From: Laetmonice hystrix
Lineage: Eukaryota
Assembly (NCBI GenBank): GCA_965235115.1
Contig: OZ249443.1
Span: 9,424,001 to 9,488,000, forward strand
Direction: 5' to 3'
DNA length: 64,000 bases
Shown here: positions 25,301 to 38,942 of the stretch, piece after piece
Layout of the letters: each line of letters begins with the position of its first letter
Numbering within the stretch: the stretch's first letter is position 1
Program-made: the position numbers and the translations under genes
The notes under the pieces: generated by a model
What the model was told of the DNA's origin: nothing
Database searches by the model: none
Seen by the model: only the letters and a program-made list of their open reading frames with translations

Positions 25301-28300
25301 CCATTGACTTTGGGGCAACCCATTTTATATATGGGTAACGGGCTTTTCTTCTCTGCATACCTTTGCTTCTCTGCGTTTTTTTAAATATACATCTTCCTTT
25401 AGCTATCTTCCAAGTATAGTTCCCAACGAATACCCAATAATGCGCCCCATAGTGGCCCGTCATACCCCTATAAAAGGGACCTTTAAGAAAAACGCAAAGA
25501 TATTTGAATATGCAATTATGTTGTGATTCTAATTTTCGGACATCGTAATGGTTGATATGATTATCTGGGTATTATCTGAACCACTTCTATGACATATAGA
25601 ATTTATGAGAACGAGAGTTTGCGGTATCATATACCTACAAAATGGAAATATCGACTTATTTCGAAATGAAGTGTAGCAAACCATATGGAATTCGCTTACT
25701 GTGGCAGCCATATGAATGGCCTCAAAAGAAACAAGACAGCATTTGTGTGTTTTAATGGGTGGTATTTGTTTTCACATCACAGGTTGTACATTGTCAAGCA
25801 ACACATCTTAATAATAGATACAATACTAAAGTCGTTTACATTTAATCAGGTTAATAGGATAACTGGTTTATAGAATACAGTGAGGGTAAACGGTGGTAAA
25901 ATGACATTAGGATAATGGCTTCAGACGGCAGATTCGTGGACGACTGTACTTATTATTCTTTGTTGACCCATGCTGATTACCTCATTCCTTTTATTTTTAC
26001 TTTCATTAGTAATAGATACCTGACCGTATTATTATGCATTCTATCTGATTGGGCATGTCCTCGTTTAAAACAATGAAATATTATTTTTGTTCAAATCAAT
26101 CGAAAAAGGTGTCGTAATTAGTCTGAATTACGCTTTGCTGATTGAACCGAGAATTGGACAAGGACCTCATGAATTCTAAGTCTGAGTGAGGTTGGCAGAA
26201 TTCACACCACAAACCGAGACCGAGTCCCAGTAGTGTACAGTCTCGTAAGTAGTCTAAGTAGTCTGACCATCTTCTCATCAATACTTTTACACTCGAATTG
26301 AACAGGCGACAGCACTGTAGGCATGTGTTCTTCCCTGGAGAATCCCCTAGATAATCGGATAATATTAGGGAGACCGGGGCTGGTTGCCCCATGCGTTGGT
26401 AGTCACATTCTTTGTAGTTCCTTTACTATAGCCACAAGGGGAAGTAGGCCTATTGGCACGGCTTCACTTTTGCGGTAGACTGTTATACTTCAACAAACGT
26501 CGAGTAGGGGCCGGTAACGCTTGCCATCTTTGTACGCTCTGGCCGTACATCGTGGGGGGTCTGAGATTGGTAATGACGTATTTCCGGGATTCCCAACGCT
26601 CCCGTGAGAAAGGTTCGGCTGAAAACGGAGGCGGCGACTTCCTTGAAATTCGAGAACTGCATAGTGTGGAAGGAGTGAAGAGTCGCAAAATATAATATTC
26701 TATCATGCCGGCCGATATTGAATCATATTCTAGATCTAGATCTGCTCAGGGCCTAACTTAATAATAGGCCTACATGTCACTCTGAACAGGACAGGGTGGC
26801 TCACGGCCAGCAAAACACCTGGCACTGGCAGGCATGGGTCGCTGTCACTCAGCTACAGCCTACACCATCAATTTCAACTCAATTTTTCATACACATGTGC
26901 TACGAATCTACGTAACCAAACTTGCCACAGACAAAGGTTCATATCATATGTTCTAAAACTAGGAACATGGTTTTTAATCTCTGGTACAATTTCAACAAAC
27001 ACAGGTGAGGTCTAGGCAATGTTCTAACACGCGTGTTCAGGGGCGAAGGGCCCGGGAGACCCCACTGAGGACCCCGGCCGAGTCCACGGCACGGAGCGCT
27101 ACCGACGCTCAATGGCGAAGACAACATCAGTTTGCTTTTGCCTCAAGACAGTCGAGTCAAGTTAATAGTCGATTTACTTTTTCACCAAATGTCACTGTCC
27201 AGTGACAACGATAGAAGTTCTAAATTTGGTAGAAGAAATCGTGTTTAAGCGGGCAGCCGCCATCACGGAGGCACATCCTCAATGTATTTTTAGATAAGCC
27301 AATAATAAGTAAGCTATCAAAGACGGGAGTGTGACCAATGACAGCCAACCTCTCAGTAGGCGTTTCTGGGCTGCTGGTAGGCTCTTACTCGCGTCGACCC
27401 CAGAGCCACCTAGCGAGTGAGCCGGGTACCAGCTTAAGTCTGCCGGGGCTGGTTGTCACGTTAGATCTCGCCCTGGCCTGGTCCCAGCTCTATATTGACT
27501 TCGTATATAAAGCCTGGTGATGGCCAATCGAAGCAAGCGTTGTGATTGGCCCATCGAAAACATGGACGCAAACGAGGTATAGTTCCGTACCCTCCGTATT
27601 TCTCCAACAAGACACAAATATTTTCGCCAATCCCTTTAAAATACAAGTGTTAAATGTCCTCGCGTTTCTGGATGTAAACATAGCGTCAGGAGTCCCCACA
27701 CCTGCTAAGGTCTGCATACGCACGGGCATGTTGCTACTGTTGGCCACTCCCGGCCACGCTCCAAGCAGAAGTCAATCACTCTGTTAACGCCGGAGGCGGA
27801 AGTGATTAGCTCCGAGGCGGAAGTGCTTGGAGATAACCACTTCCGTTTTACAGCCTTACATAGCGGATGCGTATGGTTAAGGCACCGGGTACCAGGCTAG
27901 ATCTCGCCCTACCAAATCTCGCGGTCGTGCGGCACCTGTCAGCGGCCATCCACGACTGAGACCAGAAACCACGAGGAGGACCCTTATCGTGTCAGGAACG
28001 CACCGCATATCACGAGACATAGTAATCTTTCTGTAAATATGTATGTACTGTACATACAGCCTACACACACACCCCACCCGTACTTTGCGAGTACGAGATT
28101 TTATTTTTCAAGTAGGCCACGAGATTTTATTTTGCGAGTACGAGATTTTTAAGTACGTATACGTACGAGGGCCTATCATACGCACCATAGGCCTACGTAT
28201 CATAGTAAAGGTGACGTTGTTACCCGACCGGTTCAAGTCGTTTCGGGCCCCTTTCCTATGATCTGACCTGGCTGTTAGTGTTTGCCGCCACAATCTCCAT

Positions 28301-30515
28301 ACCGACTCCCATCGTGTTCTTCATCGCAGTTTCCTAGGGCCTCCTTTCGATTCTCAGATGACTTTCCTTTAAGGTAGTGAAGTGTGTCGCGTCACCAGCA
28401 GCCGGGAAACGTGGCACAGTCATGCGCGCTTGAGTAGATTAGCAAATAATGACAAATTTGCTCGTTTTATGAGACTCTAACAGGGTGGAAACATTTCGAG
28501 ATAGGCCACTCTCGTCATTGCGGATATATGTGCATGTACACATGAAAACAATGGGAAAGGAACAATTCCCGAATTCTGAATTACATTCGTGTCTCCACAG
28601 TCAATATCGCAATCAACAGGCGAATATGGATGCATTGTTAGCTTGTTCTCAGCCATCCCATTGTCAGTGGTGGCCTCATTGAACATCAGTGTGGCCATCG
28701 TGTAAACGTTAATTTACAACGCATTAATTACCGTGTTGTACGGGCCAATGATGCAATCTCGTGGCAATATGAGCTAATGAGGAACGTACTTCGAAGAAAT
28801 AATGTCAATAGTCTCAAGTCATACGGAAGTAAATTAAATTAATTTATATTTTTCACTCCCTCACTCTACTGTTTGCTCGGGTACTAGGCCAGCCAGTACC
28901 ATGTAGGGACTCCTCACTGTACTGTTTGGCTCGGAGTGTCCACAACACGTTTCTTAACAGATATGAGAGCATCATGTTACTGTATCAGCAGCATGTATCA
29001 CCATTTGAATTCTCTTCTCCTGCTGTTGTCAAACAATGTCAACATTAGCCAAGCGTTCCGGGTTCTGAGCGATGTTCTAAGTGATCTTCTAATCTATCTT
29101 TTATCCAATAACGCTGACGGCATGCAGCGCTGCTTAACATTAATAATTCTAGTCACGGCAGTGAGTGGCCACATATAGTCAGGGAGTGCTCTCATGCGAA
29201 TATGTCGATTTATAGACATCCTGGGGAGAAAGCGAGATCATGTTAAAGGGGCACATTGTGGACATCGATTGACGTCTATCTATGCTCGATAGCGTAAAGG
29301 GCATAGAAATAAAAATTCCTGAACCAACACTGACTGTCACGTTTTCACTGCAAACGTGAATATTTTGCAAATGAAATGGTCACTTATTGGTCAGCGTGAA
29401 CAGACAGAAATCAGCATCAGTTTATAGGTAGAATTTGTTCAGGTCCTTTATCCTTTTAGGGAGAAAATTCGGTATTTTATAATTGTAAATATTGTTCGCA
29501 ATGGCTCCCTTTAAGAAACCACCTTCTTGGGGAATCGTGGCCCTGATGGACGATTTACTCAGTAACAGACAACCAGCACCCTGCATGCAGTCGGTGCTTT
29601 GGTTTCACATACATTTGTATAACCTCATAGCTCTAAATGAAGGCTGAACCAGCCTGGATGATGACACAGCAGTAATAACCAGACAATTTACACACTCAGG
29701 ACTTGATATTGGACATAAGATGGCCTGTCGGGAATAAGGCGTGATTTAGGACGCCCAATCACGTCATATCGTTTCGTACAAGTACCCAATAATTATGATG
29801 AATATACGTGACAAGGCTATATATATAAAACGTCTGTAAGTAGGATGGTGTGCCCTGTTTCATTACCTATTGCCTGTTATCTAATGATACTTAATATAAC
29901 CTTCCTCCCATTTCCTTGATGAATATTATCCATTCCTCGTTTATTTTTTTCGTCTCTGCCTTGCACGCACTTCATACGACGGATCCGTTCAAAACAAGCA
30001 CCAAACATCTGACATGTTTTGATTTGATATGCATGGGCACTTGCCCCCCCCCCTTAGCTATACATTGCTAAGCACCAATTACCGATTGATTGGCCAAAGG
30101 ATATATTTATACCCACTCAACTTTATAAACTACATTAGTAGCGTGGCTAGAAAGGACATTACAACAATTTATTTCTTCCTGTATAAGCTCGATTGATATT
30201 ATTAATCAATTTATCGCATCGATCGATTGACTTTTATCCTGATTTAGATAATCTCAAATCTGAGAAAATTACATTGGATTACATTGGATTACATTGGATT
30301 ACATTTGAGCGAACGGAAGCTTATAATTAGTGTTTCGCAATGTTCTATTTGTAGGTGACGTTATGTGGAGAGCATGCATGACCTCTGCCAGCACTGATTA
30401 TTCAACCAGGAAGGGGCCATGTATTCAGTATTCTCGGTGCGCAAATCTATAAATCTGAAAATTCGTGTACGAACCATTTAATCTGGTATATTCAATACTT
30501 AATGTACATGGATTA

Positions 30516-31075
30516 ATATAAAGTTATCAACTATCTCAATGTCCCAGACAATTCCTCATTATAATTGTTTAAAGTTATCAACTATCTCAATGTCCCAGAC
30601 AATTCCTTAGCTATATAAAGTTATCAACTATCTCAATGTCCCAGACAATTCCTCATTATAGCTGTATAAAGTTATCAACTATCTCAATGTCCCAGACAAT
30701 TCCTCATTATAATTGTATAAAGTTATCAACTATCTCAATGTCCCAGACAATTCCTCATTATAGCTGTATAAAGTTATCAACTATCTCAATGTCCCAGACA
30801 ATTCCTCATTATAATTGTATAAAGTTATCAACTATCTCAATGTCCCAGACAATTCCTCATTATAGCTGTATAAAGTTATCAACTATCTCAATGTCCCAGA
30901 CAATTCCTCATTATAGCTGTATAAAGTTTTCAACTGTCTCAATGTCCCAGACAATTCCTTAGCTATATAAAGTTATCAGCTATCTCAATGTCCCAGACAA
31001 TTCCTTAGCTATATAAAGTTATCAGCTATCTCAATGTCCCAGACAATTCCTCATTGTAGCTGTGCACAGTTATCA
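30516..31075. repeat. 51-bp minisatellite with 46-bp variant units
   Basis: Unit ATAAAGTTATCAACTATCTCAATGTCCCAGACAATTCCTCATTATAGCTGT, about 11 copies. AGCTGT and AATTGT variants alternate. Confidence 0.95.
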
Positions 31076-33035
31076 ACAGCGTACAGTGTCTATGATTCAT
31101 CGACCGACTAAATCATTCCTGGCGAATAGTCCTCCCTTTCTGAATGTAACTGCTGAAAGTAATAAATATTTATAAATGTATACTTCTAAAGCAGCTTTGT
31201 ATTGATGCCGCTATACTGACCCTTCAGTGTTATTTTAGCTTGAATATATCGTAAGTAATTCTAGCCGTATTGCAATGGCGCGGACGCTAATTGCGTGGTG
31301 TGAGTTCGTTTTGAAGCGTAAATATTTGTCTGATATAGATACACGTACGTCTGATGAAAGTTTCCGTTCGGGAAAAATACAATATGAGCTCACTCCTATG
31401 ATTACTTGCAGTAGTAAACTAACATTATGGCCATTAGCCGAACCGGCATATAGACTCAGCCGACAGATCTGTCATTCTGTGTGATCATATGACGTCTGAT
31501 TGTGACAAGAACTCATGAAATAGTTTTAATCGTTTCCTGCCAAAGTGATTGATGGTGTTAATCTGTAAAAGGGGGGCGGGTTCTTACAATCAAGTAAATG
31601 AACACGCACGGGAGAAGGTAATCTGACGGGAAGAATTACAGAGAAAATGTACACTGCGCCATTTATCTCAGATAAATAAGTATGAATTATTACTTTGCTT
31701 CCAGAACAGGTGTATTATACTTGTATGTCAGCGGACATCGATAAGGCGTACTCATTTACAAGCTGGATTTAATTGGTATAAATCATATGCTGGATTACTG
31801 ATAAGCCTGGCAGGTGTGACCGTCAAAAGCCTATATTATAAGGCATGCGTTTATGATATATTTGGTTTCATCTTGGGTTATTTGTAAAACGTCATTTTAA
31901 TCCTCCTTGGATGGATGGTCCAAAGTATACATACTAAGTACCCGACCCCGTCAGATTTTCTCTGTGTATTCCTTCTACCTCTTCATCGATCTTCCCATAC
32001 ATTGGTCACCCTCGTAGTGAATCCTAAAGCCCAGAACTACATGTATGTGTTGAATATCTGACGTGTCTGAATCGAATAGCCAGCACAGAGAGTTTTACGA
32101 GAGACTAGAGTAATGGAGCCCTCTCCGCATTTAGAGAGAAAAAACTTGGCGGGTAAGAACAACTCTGCATCTTTTGGTCATGGGAAGAGAAGCAAGCTGG
32201 AACGCTTCCCCAGAGGTCTGTTCTTCCTTCTTCCTGTCGGAGATCGATATGAAAAAGGAGCAATAAAGGTTGTCAGTTTATAACGTCAGCAGCATAACTG
32301 AGCAACAGTGATGCTGCGGTTGGACCTTGGCCAAGTATAATACTGGATGGAATTGGCCATTTTAAGTGTCATTGCATGGATAGACCATGCAGAGGGTGAT
32401 AACCCGGGGGTCGGCCGATTTCAATGAAATTTGGTGGACATGTGCACTTGACCAACTTATGAAAGAATGTACGCTAGCAGCCAAATCCATTCGGTTCTTT
32501 CCGAGTAAATGCCAAAAATTTATTTGGAGGTCTCTGGAGGCCATTTTCCAAGGATTTTCAAGGGGTTATTTCGGGTGGCCCTCAACAGAAAACGGTAGAA
32601 GCTACAACATTGCCCCTTTGAAAGCCGCTTCCCCATCATATGGCCCACTAAATGGCAGAAAATCATAAAAATATTTCTTTAAGTCTTGGAGATAGGGGGC
32701 AAAGTATTGCCCCTACCCACAACGTGGTATTATCTTAAGGCATCTTTAGGGTCCAATATCTCAACTGCGGCAGGGATCTGGATGTTGAAACTTTGTGGAA
32801 ATATTGCCAGTATCATGGTCTTTCAAAATCAGAAAGAAAAAGTTTGGGCGCTACTGCCATTTATGAATGGTAGCCGTGGACATTATAACGATTTTACGGC
32901 ACTTTGCAGTGCTGCCCTCTAGCGTTAATGTGTAGAACTACAGGCCCCTAGCGGAAATGTGTAGGCCCTACATATACAGCCCCAAGAAAAATCTGGTTTC
33001 AGGCCGAACAAAATGTTTATTTTTTATCTAAACCC

Positions 33036-33310
33036 AGTGGCGTATCCAGGGGGGGTTCCAAGTATCCCGGACCTCCCCCCCCCCTTAAAAATTACTATGT
33101 TAAGGACATTTTGGTAAACAAAAGGGGGTGTAAAATGCATCATTTTAACCAAAGGAAACCTTCATATTTCCATGTACAAGATGTCCTGAGATTGCATTAT
33201 TTGATGCCTTTTTGTTAAATTTCCTAGAGGAGCATGGCCTAATGGCCATTTCGGCTCAAGTACCTAAATTTCGGAAACCCCCCTTTAAAAAATTCTGGAT
33301 CCGCTACTGA
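33036..33310. mobile_element. Short hAT-like element with CAGTGGCG-type termini
   Basis: CAGTGGCGTATCCAG at the left end and CTGGATCCGCTACTG at the right end; no clean 8-bp TSD. Confidence 0.5.
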
Positions 33311-34469
33311 AACCAGTGGCCGAAATATCACGTTTTTCAGGCTATGACGCACCAGGACAAAATCAGGGCCGATCAGGTTCCGATGGCCTAGTAAAGGTAG
33401 TAAAGCAGTACTAAAGCCGGTGATCGGGCGCAGTAGGCTACCAGTGCCACTTCTTGTCGACGTCGAAGCATAGACTCTAGCAACTCCCGATCCCCCCCCC
33501 CCCGAATTAATATCAAAAGTTATTTGATAGGCCTCCTAACCCAAACGGTAACAGGTCAACCCACACCCAGGCGACTCGCCCTGTCAACTCGCACCTCACC
33601 GCGGGCCGCCCATCGGTGGGCGGGCCTTGGCCACTGCATCTCCCGGCGTACCGTCACTGCGTCAGCCACATGCCCGCCAGTGCCAGTGGACTAGCGGAGG
33701 CCAACGTGACTGATTCGCTTAGGGAGGCCTATCAAACCTACATCACCTCTCGTCGCCTCAACTAAATCGAATTTGACTTCAATAAAATCAATACGACCCT
33801 GACTAAATCTCAAATCGGCTTTGGATCTGCGTGGAGACAAGGGGTCAGCGGCCAAACGGGAGCTTCGTAGCCAAACAACACCTCCCGGAAGCGAACGTTC
33901 TGTTCTCCCCGTACTAGAGAGTTCCACTAATCGACCCAACACTGGCGATCCCCGAACCGGAGAATTAGAAGGCATTCAGTTCAAGAGAAAGAAAGTTACA
34001 AGTGATGAAATTCATGACATTTATAATATTTGTCAAAGGCAAACAAAAACTCATGTATTCGGAGTGGTCGTTGTGGTGTCGGCCCTTTCGTTCAACATGT
34101 CCCCTGGCGACAGTTTCTGCCACTAGCCGTTATAGCTGAAAACCAGGGATGATCACGGCGCTCAGTAAAAAAAGTGAAAGGAGCGCCCAAACTTTTTATT
34201 GTTTTGAATGAAAGACCTACACTTGATGTCACTTATGGGCAAAAATAATTGTCCCAATCCCTGTCGCAGTGGAGATATCACAGTGTGAAAATGATGTACT
34301 TTTCAATATTTGGGCTCTTTGGGGGGACAGTGCAATTTTAAGGGACATAATACCTTCAATTCCAGGATTTTCAGAAAAAAACTTTAATACGAGAAGATGG
34401 CATAAGACCTCTACTTTAATATTCCTATAAGTAATATGTGGTCCTTTGGCTAGGAAAGGAATGAAAAAT

Positions 34470-34629
34470 CGACCAGTGCTGCCACCTGTTGGTGGAGGAA
34501 AGGTGGAACTCTTTAGAAATAAAGGAAAAAAGGGAGGTGGAGAAATATGGCGGTTAAACAGACGGTGTTTGTGGTTTCTTAAGTTCAAGTCGACCTGTGT
34601 GTGAGGATCGGTGGAAATTCTCGGGAACA
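34470..34629 (+). repeat. 5' LTR (missing its first 23 bp)
   Basis: 160 bp match the 3' LTR; TGTAGCAGACTGCGGGACACCCG is absent upstream. Confidence 0.9.
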
Positions 34630-34631
34630 TT

Positions 34632-34649
34632 TGGTGCCCAGACCCGGGA
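34632..34649 (+). promoter_or_regulatory. Primer-binding site (tRNA-Phe-like)
   Basis: TGGTGCCCAGACCCGGGA starts 2 nt after the LTR. The closest remembered PBS is Phe TGGTGCCGAAACCCGGGA (2 mismatches); the tRNA identity is inference. Confidence 0.7.
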
Positions 34650-34677
34650 AGGAACGTAGGCTTGGTTTATCGTCACA

Positions 34678-37600
34678 ATGGCGCAGCAAGAGGAACTTAA
34701 GAAGCTCAGAAGAGCACTTGCAGCCAGCAAGTCGTGGGTCACTCGGTGCAACAAAACGCTAGCAGCACTGGTGAGTGACATTGAAATTGACGGAGAGGCT
34801 CTCGATAGGGCTACGAAGGAACTAGAAAAAAGACTAGATGCATTTGATCGAGCTCAGGGCGAGCTAGAGTTAGGTGTTCCAGATGCGGAAATGGAACAGT
34901 GCATCGCGGACGCCTCAGACTTTAGAAATGGTCCGCTTGGTACTCTGCTTAAAGCAAGCGCGCTAGCCACCCACGGTGATCAGGAAGCAGATTCTGACAA
35001 TGGCAGCACGGCACACAGTTCTGTAGGAGAACGAAATCTCAATGTGAAGCTACCCCAGTTAGACTTGCCAAAGTTTGACGGTACTCTAATACACTGGCAA
35101 CCATTTTGGGACAAGTTTCGAGCCCTCATTGGTGTGACTGAACTTCAGCCGGTTACCAAGTTCAGCTACCTGACTTCAGTGCTTGAAGGTGAGGCAAAAC
35201 AGGTCATTCAAGGCCTGTCAGTGACTGACAAAAATTATGATGTCGCGTGTAAACTCTTGGAGGAGCGGTTTGGTCGTCCTGAACGCATTATCTTTGCCCA
35301 TATACAAGCCCTGCTATCCCTTCAGTCTACAACTACAACACAAAGGGGTGCGTCACGAGTCGCTTCGCTGTGGCAACTTCAGGATACCCTGCTATCACAC
35401 GTGCGTAGCCTTGAAGCTCTTGGCATCAAGGGGGAAAAGTATGGACTGTTTCTTACACCGGTGATCCTGTCCAAATTGCCAAATGATATCCGCTTAGAAT
35501 GGGCTCGCGAGGGAGAGAGCAAGGAAGCCGATCTGCAATTCTTACTAGACTTTCTGCGTAAGGAAATACAACGTCGAGAAAGGTCAGAGTTGTTCAGGGA
35601 AAACACTACGCAGGGTAATCAGCTGCCAGAGCAAAGAACATTCCCGAAAAGGAACGGCAAGACGCCTGCCTCAGTTTCGGCACTGCATGTGTCTTCAGCG
35701 CCAAGTCATCTCACATGTGTCTTCTGTGAAAAGACTCATCCATCCCACAAGTGCAGGAAAGTGGCCAGAAGAGAGGACCGTCACCGTCGGATCCAGATGC
35801 TGGGCCTCTGCTTCCGGTGTTTGGAGCCGTCACATCGTGCCCAGTCATGCAGCAAGATTTGCAATATGTGTGAGGGGAACCATCACGCTGTACTTTGCAA
35901 CAAGAACTGCTCCCCCCCGTCTTCCTCTTTAACTACAACAAATACCGGCAACATTGAGGCTGGTACCAGTGACAACAAGGAGGCTACCTCGGGTCACAGT
36001 TCGCAGCCAAGCTCTACAGCGGTGAACCTACTGTCTACGAAGACATCCACTGGCCATCCAAGTGTCAGTCAGACTCATACGGCCCTCCCCATTGTTGAAG
36101 TGTTAGTACAAGGGAAAGGGCAACCAGCGGTGAAAGCACAAATTATGCTGTTTGATACAGGTTCCGATAAGACATATGTGTCCAGTAGCTTGGTACAGAG
36201 AGTACACCCTCAGCATGTTGGTACTGACTGTTGTAAGTACGGTGTCTTTGGTGGGGGGAAATCACCCCAGAGTGATGTAAAAGGTGTATACTCATTGAGG
36301 GTAAAGGGAGCAAGAAAAGGTCATGGTAACTTGGTCGCTGTAGAAGTACCTACCATATGTGCACCCATGTATCGCCCTTCAATACCTTTGTCAAAGTTAG
36401 CATTCTGTAACAAGGTAGACTTGGTGGACACTGGTATTACAGATGGAGAACCTGTCACGATAGACATTCTTGTTGGGTTGGATCAGTACTGGAAATTTGT
36501 AAGGGGTGGTGTGCTTGCAGGGGTTGATGGGCTAGTTGCCCAGGAAACCATGTTTGGTTGGATGATATCTGGGTCATGGGATTCCACTTCTTTCGGTACA
36601 AAGCGTTCAGTAACTCAGTTACTCTGTTTGCATGACATCCCAGAACATACCCTGAGAAATTTCTGGGACCTGGAATCAGTTGGTATATCACCCAATGAGT
36701 TTGTAAACACAGGGATGGATCCAATCCTGACTCAGTTCAACAAAGGTGTAAAGTGGGTTGATGGAAGGTACGAAGTGTCTCTTCCCTGGAATGGTAAAAG
36801 GGGTGACCTGCTCAACAATGAGGTCATGGCTCGCAAGCGACTGAGTAGTTTAACCAGGAGATTGGAGGCAAATCCGGTCCTCGGGCAGGGTTATGATGCT
36901 GTTCTAGAAGAGTATGAGTCATTAGGCTACATAGAGGAGGTTGCAGATAGCAGGTCAACTCAATCCTCACCAACTTACTACATGCCTCACCATCCTGTGA
37001 TCAGGGAGTCAAGTGTCAGTACAAAGGTGAGACCTGTATTTGACGCGTCAGCTGCAGGATTTAATGGGGTTTCCCTAAATGATTGTGTTGAGGCAGGTCC
37101 TTCATTAATCCCATCCTTGGTTGAAGTGCTGTTAAGGTTCCGCAGATGGACAGTGGCCCTTTCTGCGGACATCAGACAGGCATTTCTGCAAATAAGCGTG
37201 TGCGAGCAAGACAGGGAGGTACATCGGTTCTTATGGGAGCACCAGGGCAAAACAAGGAACATGAGGTTCACTAGGGTCCCCTTTGGTAACAAGGCAAGTC
37301 CCTTTCTACTCAATGCAACGATCCAACATCATCTCGCTAGCTATACTCAGACCCCTGTTATTCAAGAGCTGTCCAAGAATCTGTATGTGGATGACTGGTT
37401 GACGGGCGCGGATAGTGAGAGTGAGGCGGCTGCCATGTTTGATGAAGGGAGAGAGGTAATGAACGGAGCTGGGATGGAGTTGACTAAGTGGAACTCGAAC
37501 AGTGAAACTCTACAGGGCAAGTTCTGTCTCGATCTGGGGGACAAGCAGGTTGGCACTGCCTCTCTCAAGGTCTTGGGTGTAGGGTGGGACGCCCATGAGG

Positions 37601-38942
37601 ATTGCTTTTGTTTCTCGGACTCTGAAAGTTTGATCCCCAACCCGGAGGGGATGGTCTGTACCAAGAGAGCCATACTGAGTCTCATCGCCCGTATCTTCGA
37701 CCCCCTGGGGTTTCTCATTCCTCTCATCATGACAGCCAAGTTCATCTTCCAGGAGCTATGGTGCTTGGGGGTGGATTGGGACGAGGAGGTTCCTGTAACT
37801 ATTCAGACAAGGTTTGTCGGGTGGGCAATGGGACTAAAGTCTGCCTCTCAACTCAAGATCCCAAGGTGTTTCACAAACCGCGATAAATGGAAGGAAGTTA
37901 GTGGGAAACTCGAAATACACGCTTTCGGGGACGCTTCACAGAAGGGGTACGGTGCAGTAGTGTACTGTCGGTTGCCGGTTGGGGATGGCAACACTTACCA
38001 AGTTTCCCTAGTCATGGCTAAGGGTAAAGTAGCACCCCTAAAGAAAGTAACCTTGCCACGTCTCGAGTTGCTGAGTGCACTTCTATGTGCTCGCCTTGCC
38101 ACATTTGTGATGAAGGCCCTAGAACTGTCGCCGTCACATGTGTCTGTAACATGTTGGACCGATTCTACAATTGCCCTTGGTTGGATTCAAGGGGATTCTT
38201 CGAGATGGAAGCCCTTCGTGGCTAACAGAGTACGAGAGATCCAGGATCTCACAAGTCCATCTGATTGGAGGCATTGCCCAGGCGTGGACAACCCGGCAGA
38301 TATAATATCTAGGGGCTCTTCAGGTAGTGAGCTTGCCACTTCTACTCTTTGGTGGAATGGCCCTCAGTGGTTGAGGTCCAACATCACTTATGGTGACCTT
38401 GGCGGCAGGGTTAACGACACCCACGAACAGGAAGCTCAGGACAAAGATGACCTTACAGCCCTTAACGTTGAGTCTCATGAGGAGGCTATCACAGTCAGTC
38501 AGTACGGTACGCTGGGACGGGCCCTACGTATTACGGGGCTGGTTCTCAGATTCATTCACAATGCAAGGGGGAAGGAGTCTAGCCGGACTGGCGCCCTATC
38601 GCTGGAGGAACTGTCAGACGCTAAAGTGAAATTGTTCTCACTGGCTCAGGAGGCAGCATATGCCGAAGAGCTGCATTGCCTTAAGAAAGGCCTCCCCTTG
38701 AAGAGAGACTCTTCTCTCCTACAGTTGAAACCCTTCATTGGACCAAACGGGTTGCTAAGGGTAGGTGGTCGACTCCACAAATCACCGCTAGAATATGAGG
38801 AGAAACACCCTGTCATACTCCCTAAGGGTCATTTGACATTACTGTTGGTTCGCGACCAGCACCGAATGCTGAAGCATGCTGGAGTAGACACAATGATTTG
38901 CTCTTTACGAGCAACATACTGGATAGTGAGTCTCAGGCGGCT
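34678..38942 (+). CDS. BEL/Pao Gag-Pol, N-terminal part (Gag, Cys-His knuckles, protease, RT, RNase H, start of integrase)
   Basis: Motifs: LPKFDG..W.PFWDKF; CVFCEKTHPSHKC, CFRCLEPSHRAQSC, CNMCEGNHHAVLC; LFDTGS; KVRPVFDAS; RVPFG..ASPFLL; LYVDD; FGDASQKGYGA; TLPRLEL; WTDS; NPADIISRG; HRMLKHAG. The ORF-track stop at 38958 lies inside the LINE insertion. Confidence 0.95.

Noticed and set aside
27790-27850. Promoter suggested by repeated GGCGGAAGT (ETS-like) sites
   Set aside because: No associated exon or ORF could be supported, and such motifs also occur in repeats.
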